From Tetramitus jugosus (Eukaryota > Protista > Heterolobosea): a DNA stretch of 64,000 nt. Below are positions 10,376 through 19,776 of this stretch, piece after piece; positions within the stretch are counted from its first letter, which is position 1, and every line of letters starts with the position of its first letter. Under the pieces are notes generated by a model. The model saw nothing but the letters and a program-made list of their open reading frames with translations. It was not told where the DNA came from and did not search any database. The stretch covers positions 310,001 through 374,000 of the forward strand of contig OW569362.1 in the NCBI GenBank assembly GCA_937625935.1, in the 5' to 3' direction. The translations under genes were made by a program, and so were the position numbers.

Positions 10376-11086
10376 TCATCTCATCGCGACCATAACGGCC
10401 AGGAGCAAGGCGAAGAAACACAATTTGTGGAGTGACATAAAAGAGGCAGAATTTCCAGGTGAGGAAGAAGTCTTGGAAGACGAGGTTGGAGATGATGTTC
10501 CCGCAACATATGGCTTCTCATTGTTATAATTTCCACCTGGACCATAGTCACACACGATAGTGTACTTGTAAGTCACATTGTCACAAAATCCTCTTCCACA
10601 ACCGACCTTCAACGAATTGGCCCATACCAACTGAGTATAGTGTCCACAAATCTGACCTGCTTGACAAGTGTTTGTCGCCAAATCATAATACTGCTTCTCA
10701 TCGTCCCAACTGTTCACTGGGTTGCTCATGTTTGTGACTTGAGCAGTGGATGCATAAATGTTCTCACCAACGTAGAACGGAAAGCCATTGGAGCGATTCG
10801 GGTTGTGATCAATGAGGTACTTTGATGAAGATGTTGCATTACAAGAATTGACCCAGTTCTGAGCAGTGGCTGCCAAATCATCATCCCAGACGAGATCTGG
10901 CATGGTTTTTGCGGCTGGAACGACACTGGCTCTGGCATTGTTGTGCGCAGCGAGAATGGCAGTCTTCTCTGCCAAAGTCAGAGGATATGGAGTGTTTGCG
11001 GCTCGGCAAACATGATGAGTAGTGATCATCAAGAGCACGAGTAGGAACAACGATGGAATAATGTACTTGTTCAAAAAACGGGACAT
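10376..11086 (-). CDS. CAP/SCP/PR-1 family secreted protein 2, probable GPI anchor
   Basis: Same CAP motifs (GENIY, CGHYTQLVW, VCDYGPGGN), signal peptide, short Ser-rich linker, hydrophobic tail. Confidence 0.95.
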   Translation of the reverse strand: MSRFLNKYIIPSLFLLVLLMITTHHVCRAANTPYPLTLAEKTAILAAHNNARASVVPAAKTMPDLVWDDDLAATAQNWVNSCNATSSSKYLIDHNPNRSNGFPFYVGENIYASTAQVTNMSNPVNSWDDEKQYYDLATNTCQAGQICGHYTQLVWANSLKVGCGRGFCDNVTYKYTIVCDYGPGGNYNNEKPYVAGTSSPTSSSKTSSSPGNSASFMSLHKLCFFALLLAVMVAMR

Positions 11087-11334
11087 GTTTTTGGTTTCGC
11101 GCGTTTGTGTTGGATTTCGCTCTATGTTTTCCTTTCCAGAAAGATCTTCTTTTTATTTTTTCCTTCACCTGTCCGATCAAACCACCGAAAAGGAAGGTGA
11201 TGATTTTCAATGTCGCTTCAATTCTTCGACTGTCATGGAGCAGCAAGACGGTTTTTGAAGCATGATCATGGTGTAAAGAGTGGATTCACTCCCAACATAC
11301 GATGCTGAACCTGACAGCCTCGAATTTATGAAGC

Positions 11335-12051
11335 TCATCTCATTGCGATCAGAACCGCCATGAGCAAGACAAGGAAACACAATTTGTGGAGTGAGACGAA
11401 CGAAGCAGAATTTCCTTGAGGGGAGGAAGGCTTAGGATTTGGAGGTGATGGAGCAGGTGAGGGGGTAGGCGATGGCGTTCCGGCGACATAAGGCTTCTGA
11501 TTGTTGTAGTTTCCACCTGGACCGTAGTTGCAAACAATCGTGTACTTGAAGCTGACATTGTCACAATATCCTCTTCCACATCCAACCTTCAGTGAGTTGG
11601 CCCATACCACCTGTGTGTAATGACCACAAACCTTGCCGGCTTGACAGGTATTTGTTGCCAAATTGTAATACTGTTTCTCACTGTCCCAGCTGGTCACTGG
11701 TCTGCTCATATCTGTGACTTGACCTGACGACGCATAAATATTCTCACCAACATAGAATGAGAAACCCTTGGAACGATTGGGGTTGTGATCAATGAGAGCT
11801 TTGGATGAAGAGGTGGCAGTGCAAGAGTTGACCCAGTTCTGAGCAGTGGTTGCCAAGCTATCATCCCAAACATGAGCAGGCATGGTTTGAGCAGTGGGAT
11901 TTACATTTGCTCTGGCATTGTTGTGTGCAGCGAGAATGGCAGTCTTCTCTGTTGCAGTCAGAGGATATGGAGTGTTTGCTGCCAGGCAGGCATGGCAAGT
12001 GATCAAAAGCACGAGTAGAAACAATGCTTGAATGAATATGTAGTTGTTCAT
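11335..12051 (-). CDS. CAP/SCP/PR-1 family secreted protein 3, probable GPI anchor
   Basis: CAP motifs, signal peptide, Pro/Ser linker, tail homologous to copy 2 (SLHKLCF). Confidence 0.95.
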   Translation of the reverse strand: MNNYIFIQALFLLVLLITCHACLAANTPYPLTATEKTAILAAHNNARANVNPTAQTMPAHVWDDSLATTAQNWVNSCTATSSSKALIDHNPNRSKGFSFYVGENIYASSGQVTDMSRPVTSWDSEKQYYNLATNTCQAGKVCGHYTQVVWANSLKVGCGRGYCDNVSFKYTIVCNYGPGGNYNNQKPYVAGTPSPTPSPAPSPPNPKPSSPQGNSASFVSLHKLCFLVLLMAVLIAMR

Positions 12052-12355
12052 GTTGTGTATTTATGTTGGGTTTGTCGTTAGATTTCGTGACATGAAGACG
12101 GAGCTTTTATTTTATGAGCTACTCTTCCCGGAGACAGGTGACATTTTGTGTACTTGCCTATCAAATCAACTTGATTCACGAACCGGAACGATTCTCAATG
12201 TCTCTTCAATGCTTCTTCTATCATTCAAGTTTTACGAATCATTTTCCAACTGGTGTCTTTATTTGCAGTCGAGTTACTTTGTTGAGTGTTTATGTCACCA
12301 AATGTTTGGAGAATAGTAATTTGGACAGAAGTTTCTCATCTGAACCAATGGTTGC

Positions 12356-13130
12356 TTACTTTCGTTCGTCTGTAAGATATTGATAGATATTGTGATAATC
12401 AATAGCACAACCTTCGCCATCATAAGCATACTCCAGATTGAATACTGTCAGCTTATCGAAGCGATAGTTTGTGTCAGAAAGAGTTAATGCAGTAAATAGG
12501 TGATGTTCTTTCTTGTACAGATAGTACATGATCTTGCTCAAAACAGGAGTGACAGTAAGTAGCTTAAGCTTATCTTCTTTTGATTGCTCCTGCTCGAACA
12601 AGCTCCCAAGTTTGTCCCTGTCAATACATGCCTTGATGGCGCATACTTGGTCATCAAAGAGGAAATTGTAAATATGAATGATGTGGTCTCCCTTGTCTGG
12701 GGTTAAAGTGTATCTGCCCACAAAGAATGAATACTCCCTCTTAAAATCAAGTGGAAATCGTTGAATTTGGTAGTCGGTTCCCAATCTTAACAGAGTAGTA
12801 CGTGTAATCATCCGAGTATGAGACCCTCTTGACCCAGATATTATTCCTCATTAAAAGATTGTCATCCGTATCTAGAAACGTTTCGGTAAAATTTTGAGCA
12901 GTGATTCTATGACAATCTAACAGTTTTCCGAATTCTTCTTGTGATTGCAAGTTGAAACGCAACCGGACACCATACTGTGCCTGAATTGGCTCTCGTTGTC
13001 CATTAGGTTCTCAACACTAACCTCTGTTTGACTTAAATCAATAGTTGTTTTCCAGTATGGGTCCTTAGGACCTTGAAGTTCCATATTCATCCCTTCGATG
13101 TTTGTTGTAGACCGTTTCTCTTTTTTCAAT
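12356..13130 (-). pseudogene. Frameshifted CYTH/thiamine-triphosphatase-like gene remnant
   Basis: Three overlapping ORFs in different frames with no usable intron. FTETFLDTDDNLLMRNNIWVKR..YSVK resembles the CYTH F.D.Y.D....L....WLR.R..LK motif, and PVLSKIMYYL resembles the ThTPase C-terminal helix. Confidence 0.5.
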
Positions 13131-13308
13131 TGCCCGCTTACAGTATAGAGTCGTCAGAGCGGTTGTTGGACTATCTCCCTCCCTGCTTAGGATAAGACGG
13201 AGCACATGGATGAACTTCTTTACACAAGAATGTATGAAGTTATTGAAAAAGAAACAAAGTTCGAACTCAAAAGGTCAGGCCACTGTTTTACTTTGACAGG
13301 ATTCCTTT

Positions 13309-14055
13309 TTATTCATTCGAAAGCAACAGCACAACAGCAAAGAGAAGAAGCAGATTCACTCTGTTCAACACTACTGAAGAACCAGAATTATGTTTCGGTT
13401 TCAGATTGCCGAGTGAGGTTTGGGTTTGGGGAGTAGATGAAGGTAACGGTACACCAGATGGATTAGGTGATGGATTGGAAGGGACCTTTTCATAAGGTTT
13501 CTCACCTACAATGTTACCACCTGGACCATAATTACAAACAACAGTATACTTGAACTTGACATTGTCGCAGTAGCCTCTACCACATCCAAGCTTCACTGTC
13601 TTGGCCCACACCAACTGCGTGTAATGTTCACAAACTTTTCCAGCTTTACAACTATTCTCTGTATAATTATAGTACTGCTTCTCACTATCCCAGCTAAAGA
13701 CTGGTCGATACAAGTGAGAGATTGGACCAACCTCTGCATAAATATTTTCACCGACGTAGTATGAAAAGCCCTTGGAACGATTGGGGTTGTGATCTATGAA
13801 TGACGACGATGAAGAAGCTTTGCAAGAGCTGACCCATTTTTGAGCTGTTGCAGCCAAGTCATCGTCCCAAACGAGATTGGGCATGTCTTGAGCAGCAGGA
13901 ACTACAAAAGCTCTGGCATTGTTGTGGGCCAACAGGATGGTCTTTTTTTCAGTATCCGATAAGGGAAGGGGCAAATTGGCAGCCAGACAAAGGTTGCAGG
14001 TTGTGATAATCAACAATAGAAGAACTACTGTTCTCGAAATGGAAGTGAACAACAT
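13309..14055 (-). CDS. CAP/SCP/PR-1 family secreted protein 4, probable GPI anchor
   Basis: CAP motifs (DHNPNRS, GENIY, CEHYTQLVW, LGCG, VCNYGPGGN). First ATG at 14055. Confidence 0.93.
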   Translation of the reverse strand: MLFTSISRTVVLLLLIITTCNLCLAANLPLPLSDTEKKTILLAHNNARAFVVPAAQDMPNLVWDDDLAATAQKWVSSCKASSSSSFIDHNPNRSKGFSYYVGENIYAEVGPISHLYRPVFSWDSEKQYYNYTENSCKAGKVCEHYTQLVWAKTVKLGCGRGYCDNVKFKYTVVCNYGPGGNIVGEKPYEKVPSNPSPNPSGVPLPSSTPQTQTSLGNLKPKHNSGSSVVLNRVNLLLLFAVVLLLSNE

Positions 14056-14361
14056 GTTATTGTGTTTTGTTGTATACAATCTCTTTGGTGTTGAATTCCT
14101 AAAATTACAAGTGAGAGGTCTCCTTTGTGACGTATGTCCTTTTTACCGAATCAATGAGTCTATATTTGACGGAATCAGGATTACAAAAAATTTCACAGTT
14201 CTGACACTCTAGCATAAGTATCCTACCTAGAAGAACTATGGTCGTCGTGCATTGAGAGCTCTCGATGTGGATCCAATCGCACTTTCATTCGTTTGGTTGT
14301 TTCTCTTGTTGTGAACTGCTTCTTGACTCCATAGACTCTTGGTAGCGTCATCTTTGTGATA

Positions 14362-14616
14362 ATTCAACTTGCACAAGCTTATTGTGATCGATTCTGTACA
14401 CAAGACTTGAAGAAATAGGCTACAAGTTCTTCCCCAAGGTCTTTTCTTGTACTTGTTTTCTGTTCCCCAGCCAGAAACGAGCCAAAGAATGCAATCTTGT
14501 CATGCGAAAAGATTGCTGAGCTGAAACAAATCCCAATGGAGGTCGTTGCTGAACAAACGACCAATAATACCAGGATACTATTCCAAGGATATTCGACGAA
14601 TGATAAAAAGATCTGA
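14362..14616 (+). pseudogene. TatD-family (TATDN3-like) nuclease 3' fragment
   Basis: 14461-14616 reads SPARNEPKNAILSCEKIAELKQIPMEVVAEQTTNNTRILF, the TatD C-terminal RNEP...IA.LK...EVA..TT.N...LF motif. In-frame stop at 14416; most of the gene is missing. Confidence 0.65.
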
Positions 14617-14633
14617 TTTGCTGTATACACAGA

Positions 14634-15090
14634 TTAGAATCCACCTTGCTCACCAAACAGTTTCTCAATTTGAGCATTGTTTGGATTGATTGGGCCCAAG
14701 GCTTCTGGATGATTCTGATTCAACCAATCATAGAGACTCTGTGCAATGAGAGTATTACCGATTTGAGATGGATGGAAACCGTCCATTGGTTCAATCAGAT
14801 CAACAGCATTTCCACCGTCTGCAATGTACTTCTTGTACAAGAGTAGACCTTTGACAATTCATTAGCATGTTGAGTGGTAATGTTTCTGATTGTGGCATTG
14901 GTGTTCATCCATCCCCAGCATGGTGTAGTTTCCAAGCAGTTCAAGAAGTCATACCCAGCAGGATACTTGACTCTCAATGGATGATAAGCCTCATGCAAAA
15001 AGTCGTACAACAAACCTCCATCAAGGTCTTGTGGAATAGTTTTTAAACACATTTGGAAATCATGTGCTCAAGTGTGGTCAATCAATCTCC
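14634..15090 (-). pseudogene. AOAH: Acyloxyacyl hydrolase (AOAH) 3' fragment with internal deletions and a frameshift
   Basis: YDFLNCLETTPCWGWMNTNATIRNITT and LIEPMDGFHPSQ...P..LG..NP.N.QI..LFGEQGG match the AOAH C-terminus. Frame changes near 14840; no start codon, saposin domain or GDS motif. Confidence 0.85.
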
Positions 15091-15110
15091 AACTCCAACA
15101 TTCCCAACAA

Positions 15111-15408
15111 GTGCTTGTAGTCATGTTCCTCTCCCATTGATTGGCCAAGTCGGACTCATCTCCATCCGACATGACCAAAAAGAGCAATAAATGTAATGTG
15201 CGTCAAGTTCTTGTCGCCTCTCTGACCAGGAAAGTCCTATGAACTCCTATGTGGTAACATTACTCAGAGAGGTGTTGCTGTGTTATATGTATGGATACAA
15301 GTGACACTTGGTATTCGTGAAGAATTTGAGCTGTTGACAAATAGGCCTAGAAAAAACACAAATTGTTTACATTATCGAAAGATAAGAGAGGAACATGACT
15401 ACAAGCAC
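15111..15408. repeat. Perfect 23-bp inverted repeat (15111-15133 / 15386-15408)
   Basis: gtgcttgtagtcatgttcctctc is the exact reverse complement of gagaggaacatgactacaagcac. Confidence 0.9.
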
Positions 15409-16131
15409 CATGTATAATGGAGCTACCGATCGATTCTGTCCAGAGGATTGAGTCGCTGCTGCGGGACTGGATCGTTGGGCACTGTGGATATGAGATGGCG
15501 AAACATTCGGATTGGGAGATGGAGATGTTTCCGGTTTAGAAGATGGCAAAGGACTAGTACCTCCCTCCCCAATAGCTACATACGGCTTCTGGGTAATGAT
15601 ATTACCTCCTGGACCATAATCACACACAAGAGCGTATGTGTAATTTAAGTTGGCACAATAACCTCTTCCACAACCTACCTTGAGAGTGCTTGCCCAAATC
15701 ACTTGAGTGTAGTGATTGCAGCTTTCGGTTCCTTGGCAAGAGTCTGTCGTCAAGTTGTAGAACTTCTTTTCAATAGACCAAGCAAGAACTGCGTTGCTTA
15801 CATTGGTAATTGGGTAGTTGGAGGCATAGATATTCTCCCCCACATACGCGTATGAGGCAGTTGACCTACTGGGGTTAATGTCAATCATTTCCTTTGAAGC
15901 CGAAACACAAGAATTCACCCAATTCTGAGCACTGGTTGCCAGTTCATCATCCCAAACGAGTTCTGGCATGTGCCTGGCTGGAGGGTCGACACTAGCTCGA
16001 ATCAGGTTATGAGTTTCAACAATGGCCGCCTTGTCTTCTGCCGATAGAACTGTGGAATTCGACTCAACCGCCACTGCGGCTGCCACGAGGATAACAAGTA
16101 CAAGAATGAATAATGATACTTCTTTGAGCAT
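15367..16131 (-). CDS. CAP/SCP/PR-1 family secreted protein 5 (most diverged), probable GPI anchor
   Basis: CAP motifs GENIY, CNHYTQVIW, VCDYGPGGN. The first conserved His is replaced (IDINPSRS). Confidence 0.93.
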   Translation of the reverse strand: MLKEVSLFILVLVILVAAAVAVESNSTVLSAEDKAAIVETHNLIRASVDPPARHMPELVWDDELATSAQNWVNSCVSASKEMIDINPSRSTASYAYVGENIYASNYPITNVSNAVLAWSIEKKFYNLTTDSCQGTESCNHYTQVIWASTLKVGCGRGYCANLNYTYALVCDYGPGGNIITQKPYVAIGEGGTSPLPSSKPETSPSPNPNVSPSHIHSAQRSSPAAATQSSGQNRSVAPLYMVLVVMFLSYLSIM

Positions 16132-16251
16132 GGTGTTATAGTGTTTCTTTAATAAACAATAACAAATCCTGACAAACTACCTCATTAAAAAGAACCCAAT
16201 GTCGGTATCAATATTTGCAAGAGAGTGAGTCTCCCAAAACAAAATCTCCTC

Positions 16252-16267
16252 CCTTTCACGTGAAAGG
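16252..16267. promoter_or_regulatory. Perfect 16-bp palindrome with CACGTG (E-box) core in a divergent promoter
   Basis: cctttcacgtgaaagg lies between the head-to-head ATGs at 16131 and 16374. Confidence 0.4.
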
Positions 16268-16373
16268 AAACAAAACCACGAAACAGTAAAAAAAACTCGC
16301 GTAAGTTTGGGTATTGACGAACAACTATCCTCATCGTCCCAAATCACACACAAGCTCTTTTGTAAAGATCATC

Positions 16374-17120
16374 ATGTCTTCTCTTGGTTGGTTGACAGAA
16401 ACTACTATTGTTCCCTCCAAAAAAAAGGTCATTGGAGGCATCTCTGCCAATTCTTACATTAATCTCAAGGCTGCCATCTATGATCAACTACAGTCCAATC
16501 TGTTGCCTTCATCTGGAGCTTTAGCTACGAGGCGAAGTTTGGTTGGTGATGATGAGAAGATTATAAACAAGGGCGTTGAACAGCGCATTCAAAGAGATAA
16601 TCAAGCAAGTGTGAACAGTCGTTTGGGTGAGTCTGAAGAAGCTTCTTTTGAAAGATCAAGAAAAACACTGGAGAAGAAGGCACAATTATATGAAGAGAGA
16701 TTAATGGCCATCAGTTCATTCGAAGAGAATGATGATGATCACAAGAATGATCCATTGTGGCATCAAAAGAAGCAAGAAGATGGTGAGATGATGGTCAATT
16801 TTGATGAAAAATGGTATCACCAGAAATTGGCGCGTGAACAGAACTACATTACAACGGAGATACATTCTCCTACTGGAACTACTTCGTTGATCCATCATGA
16901 AGCTGTGCAGTCCTTGTCGCACGGTGATCTTACAATGAACTACTATCCATCGTCTTCTTCTGTGCAGAGATTACAGAGACGAACCACAGAAAAGTTTGAG
17001 TTTGTCAAGAGAGCTCGCATCCATGCACAACAGAAGCGCGTGTTAAGGATAGCAAAGAGAAGTAAGCGAAGAGATCTCAAGAACCATAATACCTCAACTA
17101 TGGTCCATTCTGTGCTCTAA
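16374..17120 (+). CDS. CCDC174: CCDC174/DUF4078-like protein
   Basis: SLGWLTE..I.P.K...I.G....S...LKA, NKGVE.R..RD, S...LE.KA.LYE and VNFDEK motifs. First ATG at 16374. Confidence 0.75.
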   Translation: MSSLGWLTETTIVPSKKKVIGGISANSYINLKAAIYDQLQSNLLPSSGALATRRSLVGDDEKIINKGVEQRIQRDNQASVNSRLGESEEASFERSRKTLEKKAQLYEERLMAISSFEENDDDHKNDPLWHQKKQEDGEMMVNFDEKWYHQKLAREQNYITTEIHSPTGTTSLIHHEAVQSLSHGDLTMNYYPSSSSVQRLQRRTTEKFEFVKRARIHAQQKRVLRIAKRSKRRDLKNHNTSTMVHSVL

Positions 17121-17523
17121 GTCACAACTGAATTTCTACCCTCAACAAAAACAACAAAAGGGAGAGTCAGAACGACCACCAGATCCGTCGTTACGGAACA
17201 GCATTGATTTATCTGTAACAGCAACACAAGTAGCATCTGGTTATTCTTTGTTAATTGCTTGGAGTCTTCCGTTTAGCCAAGTTGTTTTGATCGAACGGAT
17301 AGATCTTGGACTTGTATTCTAGATTGTGATCACTAGTAGTGAATAGACACGTCATCTTCATATCAACAACTGTGCTTTTGCCAAATGTTCGTTGTCTTAC
17401 GGAGTTCCTCATGCATGTGGTGATTTGTTTGCACTCTGCACAGGTTCATGGTGTGATATGATAATCATTAATACTTTATGAGGCTCAAAATAAGAATTGT
17501 ATTAGTAAAGTAAGAAGAGAACC

Positions 17524-19776
17524 TCAATCATCGAATAGAAATCCAAGCTGAAGCCTTTCCTCTTGAAACTTCTCATACTTAAGTCGAATAAGAGTGATGA
17601 GTCGTCGCAAGTGTAACTCTATTCCTGAATCAGAAATATCGAACAAGACATCATCAGTACAATTGTTGTCACAATACATAGTAAGGCAACGTTCAATACT
17701 GAGTTTTGCTTGCTCTCTCTCAGCTGATGAAAGCCCTTCTGACTTTTCAAAAGCAGATGTTGCAAGTGTTTCGATGATGAAACGACATGCCACACCTACT
17801 GGTGCGTCCTCACCGTGACATTCTTCTAGATTGGGTGTGAAACTTTCTACAAGAGATCCAATGCTCTTCCAAAAATCAGCAATTTGTAAAGATACAATCG
17901 AGGGACAGTGAATGAATGCCATCATGGCTTCGACTGCATTAATCTCGCTCTTCTGATATGTGTATGAATACCCAGTGTGTAACAATCTCAATCGACTCAT
18001 TCGATGAGGGAATGTTACTGAAGTGAAGGGAACGGTTACACTCCTGATATTTGGATAATGACGACAGATCATATCAAACGATGGAGAGACTGACCCACAT
18101 TGGAATGTGTGCAACTTTGGACAATGTTCAAACATCATGAGTAGGTATTGTTCTTCAGATCCATTGTAACTGAACTCCTCAAGATTGATATGTCCGTAGA
18201 AATTGTTGTCTTTTGGATTTGTTGAACTCTGTCCCCACGGTCTACTGTTGACCAAGATCAGTTTTTTCAAATTCTCAGGCTGAAGTTGTAGAATTGTAGG
18301 TATTGCGATATCACTATTACAGCTGATGGACAGTTCGCTCAATTCGCGGCAAGTCATCAGTATAGCACTAGTATCGAGTAGACTTAACGTCTCCTGAATT
18401 GATAGTTGTTGAAGATGAGTGCATGCACCAATAAATTGTGAAAACGTGATCTCTTTGCTTAATTGTAGGAAAAATAACCTCTGCATTCTACTGAGCAAGT
18501 GAAGTTCGTAGTCTCTCACCTTCAAGCAACATCCTGGGGCATGGAAGGATCTCACACACCTATTTCCACAAATATCCCCAATGCTTAGAATGGGATCGTA
18601 ACCATACCTATGTTTGCGCGAAAAGACAACTTCTTCTAGAACTGTAGGATTATGGTTAGTCAGAGCAGTCAAGGGAGTTGTTGGGCTATCTCTGGTCAAT
18701 TGAACTTTCAAATATCTCAACGAATCTTTCAGTACATCAACGATACAAGGTATAAGCTGATTCACATCGATCATGAAATGTTCGAGTACGAGAGCAGAGA
18801 TTTTGGGCCAACCCTTGATCATCTCAAGTATGGAATCATTGTCAATTCTGATATCAAAATAGGAACTCAGAGCGATAAAACTGAAGTACTCGAGTCGCTT
18901 ACAATTCTTCCCTAATGCCGAGAGAAACTTCTTCGTTGCTGGAAGAGACCGAATGGACAACGATCTTACATTTGGTGCGTTCTCGCAAAGATTTATCAGG
19001 AACTCACAACCGCTTAGAGTTGGGCTTTCACACACACTTGAAAGATGAAACTGGATTGTCTCCAAAGATGCGCAACCAATTGAGTTATTGCTCTTCATTT
19101 TTGCACCTTCCTGTGTGTGCTCACTCGAGGTAATAAACTTGTGGTTCAGTTGATTTCCCACCACAAAAAACAACCTAAACTCCTTGAGTTGCTCACACGA
19201 TCGCAAAACATTTCCCAGGCATTCAAAATCCACCACTGTACAATGAATAGAGAGTGACTGCAGATTGTTCAGTATTTCAGGATCGCACACCATCAATTTT
19301 CTTAATAAGTCATGAATGAACACAGCATAGTTTCTTGATTTCAAACCAACGAACTGAATGCTACTAAATTGACACACTCTGATCAGTTCATAAAGACACT
19401 TGAATTGAACATGACTCAAAGATGGATAAGCTTCGCTCTCTTCCTCCACTATCTCTCCTTCATTCTCATTACCAGCACGAGTTGATTCGCGTTCTTGCCT
19501 TGTTGGTGGCTGCTCGTGCATAAGGAGACTTCGATTGAACATTTCCTTGTTGCGCAACACAATCTGAATTTTGTCATACTGCCAGAACTCGGACGCGTGA
19601 ACTCTGTAGTACATGTGACTGTTCAACAATGACAACAAATAAAAGTAGAAATAAACAGCAGAGAGTGAAGACTCGGTGGGTTCAGCTGAAAATGAGTTGT
19701 CGAACAGAAAAGCTCCTACTTGATGGTATATCTCTGTAGGTAACACGTCGAAACGAACATGGTCTTCTGGAGTCAT
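17524..19776 (-). CDS. F-box-like / RNI-like leucine-rich-repeat protein (750 aa)
   Basis: N-terminal FDVLPTEIYHQVGAFL (F-box-like) followed by repeated C..L..L.I/F units (CEQLKEFRL, CKRLEYFSF, CTHLQQLSI, CRELSELSI, CPKLHTFQC). Confidence 0.7.
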   Translation of the reverse strand: MTPEDHVRFDVLPTEIYHQVGAFLFDNSFSAEPTESSLSAVYFYFYLLSLLNSHMYYRVHASEFWQYDKIQIVLRNKEMFNRSLLMHEQPPTRQERESTRAGNENEGEIVEEESEAYPSLSHVQFKCLYELIRVCQFSSIQFVGLKSRNYAVFIHDLLRKLMVCDPEILNNLQSLSIHCTVVDFECLGNVLRSCEQLKEFRLFFVVGNQLNHKFITSSEHTQEGAKMKSNNSIGCASLETIQFHLSSVCESPTLSGCEFLINLCENAPNVRSLSIRSLPATKKFLSALGKNCKRLEYFSFIALSSYFDIRIDNDSILEMIKGWPKISALVLEHFMIDVNQLIPCIVDVLKDSLRYLKVQLTRDSPTTPLTALTNHNPTVLEEVVFSRKHRYGYDPILSIGDICGNRCVRSFHAPGCCLKVRDYELHLLSRMQRLFFLQLSKEITFSQFIGACTHLQQLSIQETLSLLDTSAILMTCRELSELSISCNSDIAIPTILQLQPENLKKLILVNSRPWGQSSTNPKDNNFYGHINLEEFSYNGSEEQYLLMMFEHCPKLHTFQCGSVSPSFDMICRHYPNIRSVTVPFTSVTFPHRMSRLRLLHTGYSYTYQKSEINAVEAMMAFIHCPSIVSLQIADFWKSIGSLVESFTPNLEECHGEDAPVGVACRFIIETLATSAFEKSEGLSSAEREQAKLSIERCLTMYCDNNCTDDVLFDISDSGIELHLRRLITLIRLKYEKFQEERLQLGFLFDD

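Noticed and set aside
11197-11315. GTGATGA...CTGA, a possible C/D box snoRNA
   Set aside because: No terminal stem, no verifiable rRNA guide, and part of the segment is homologous to the upstream region of another CAP gene.
14444-14458. 14-bp inverted match to the CAP5 signal-peptide region near 16093
   Set aside because: Matches of this length are expected by chance in 64 kb of AT-rich sequence.
15111-15408. MITE interpretation of the 23-bp inverted repeat
   Set aside because: One arm is integral CAP5 coding sequence and no target-site duplication is visible. Kept as a templated-insertion candidate instead.
19773-19776. ATGA stop/start overlaps (also at 7449-7452 and 41901-41904) suggesting translational coupling
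   Set aside because: ATGA arises whenever the second codon starts with A. The upstream frames are shadow or ATG-less ORFs in a eukaryotic genome.
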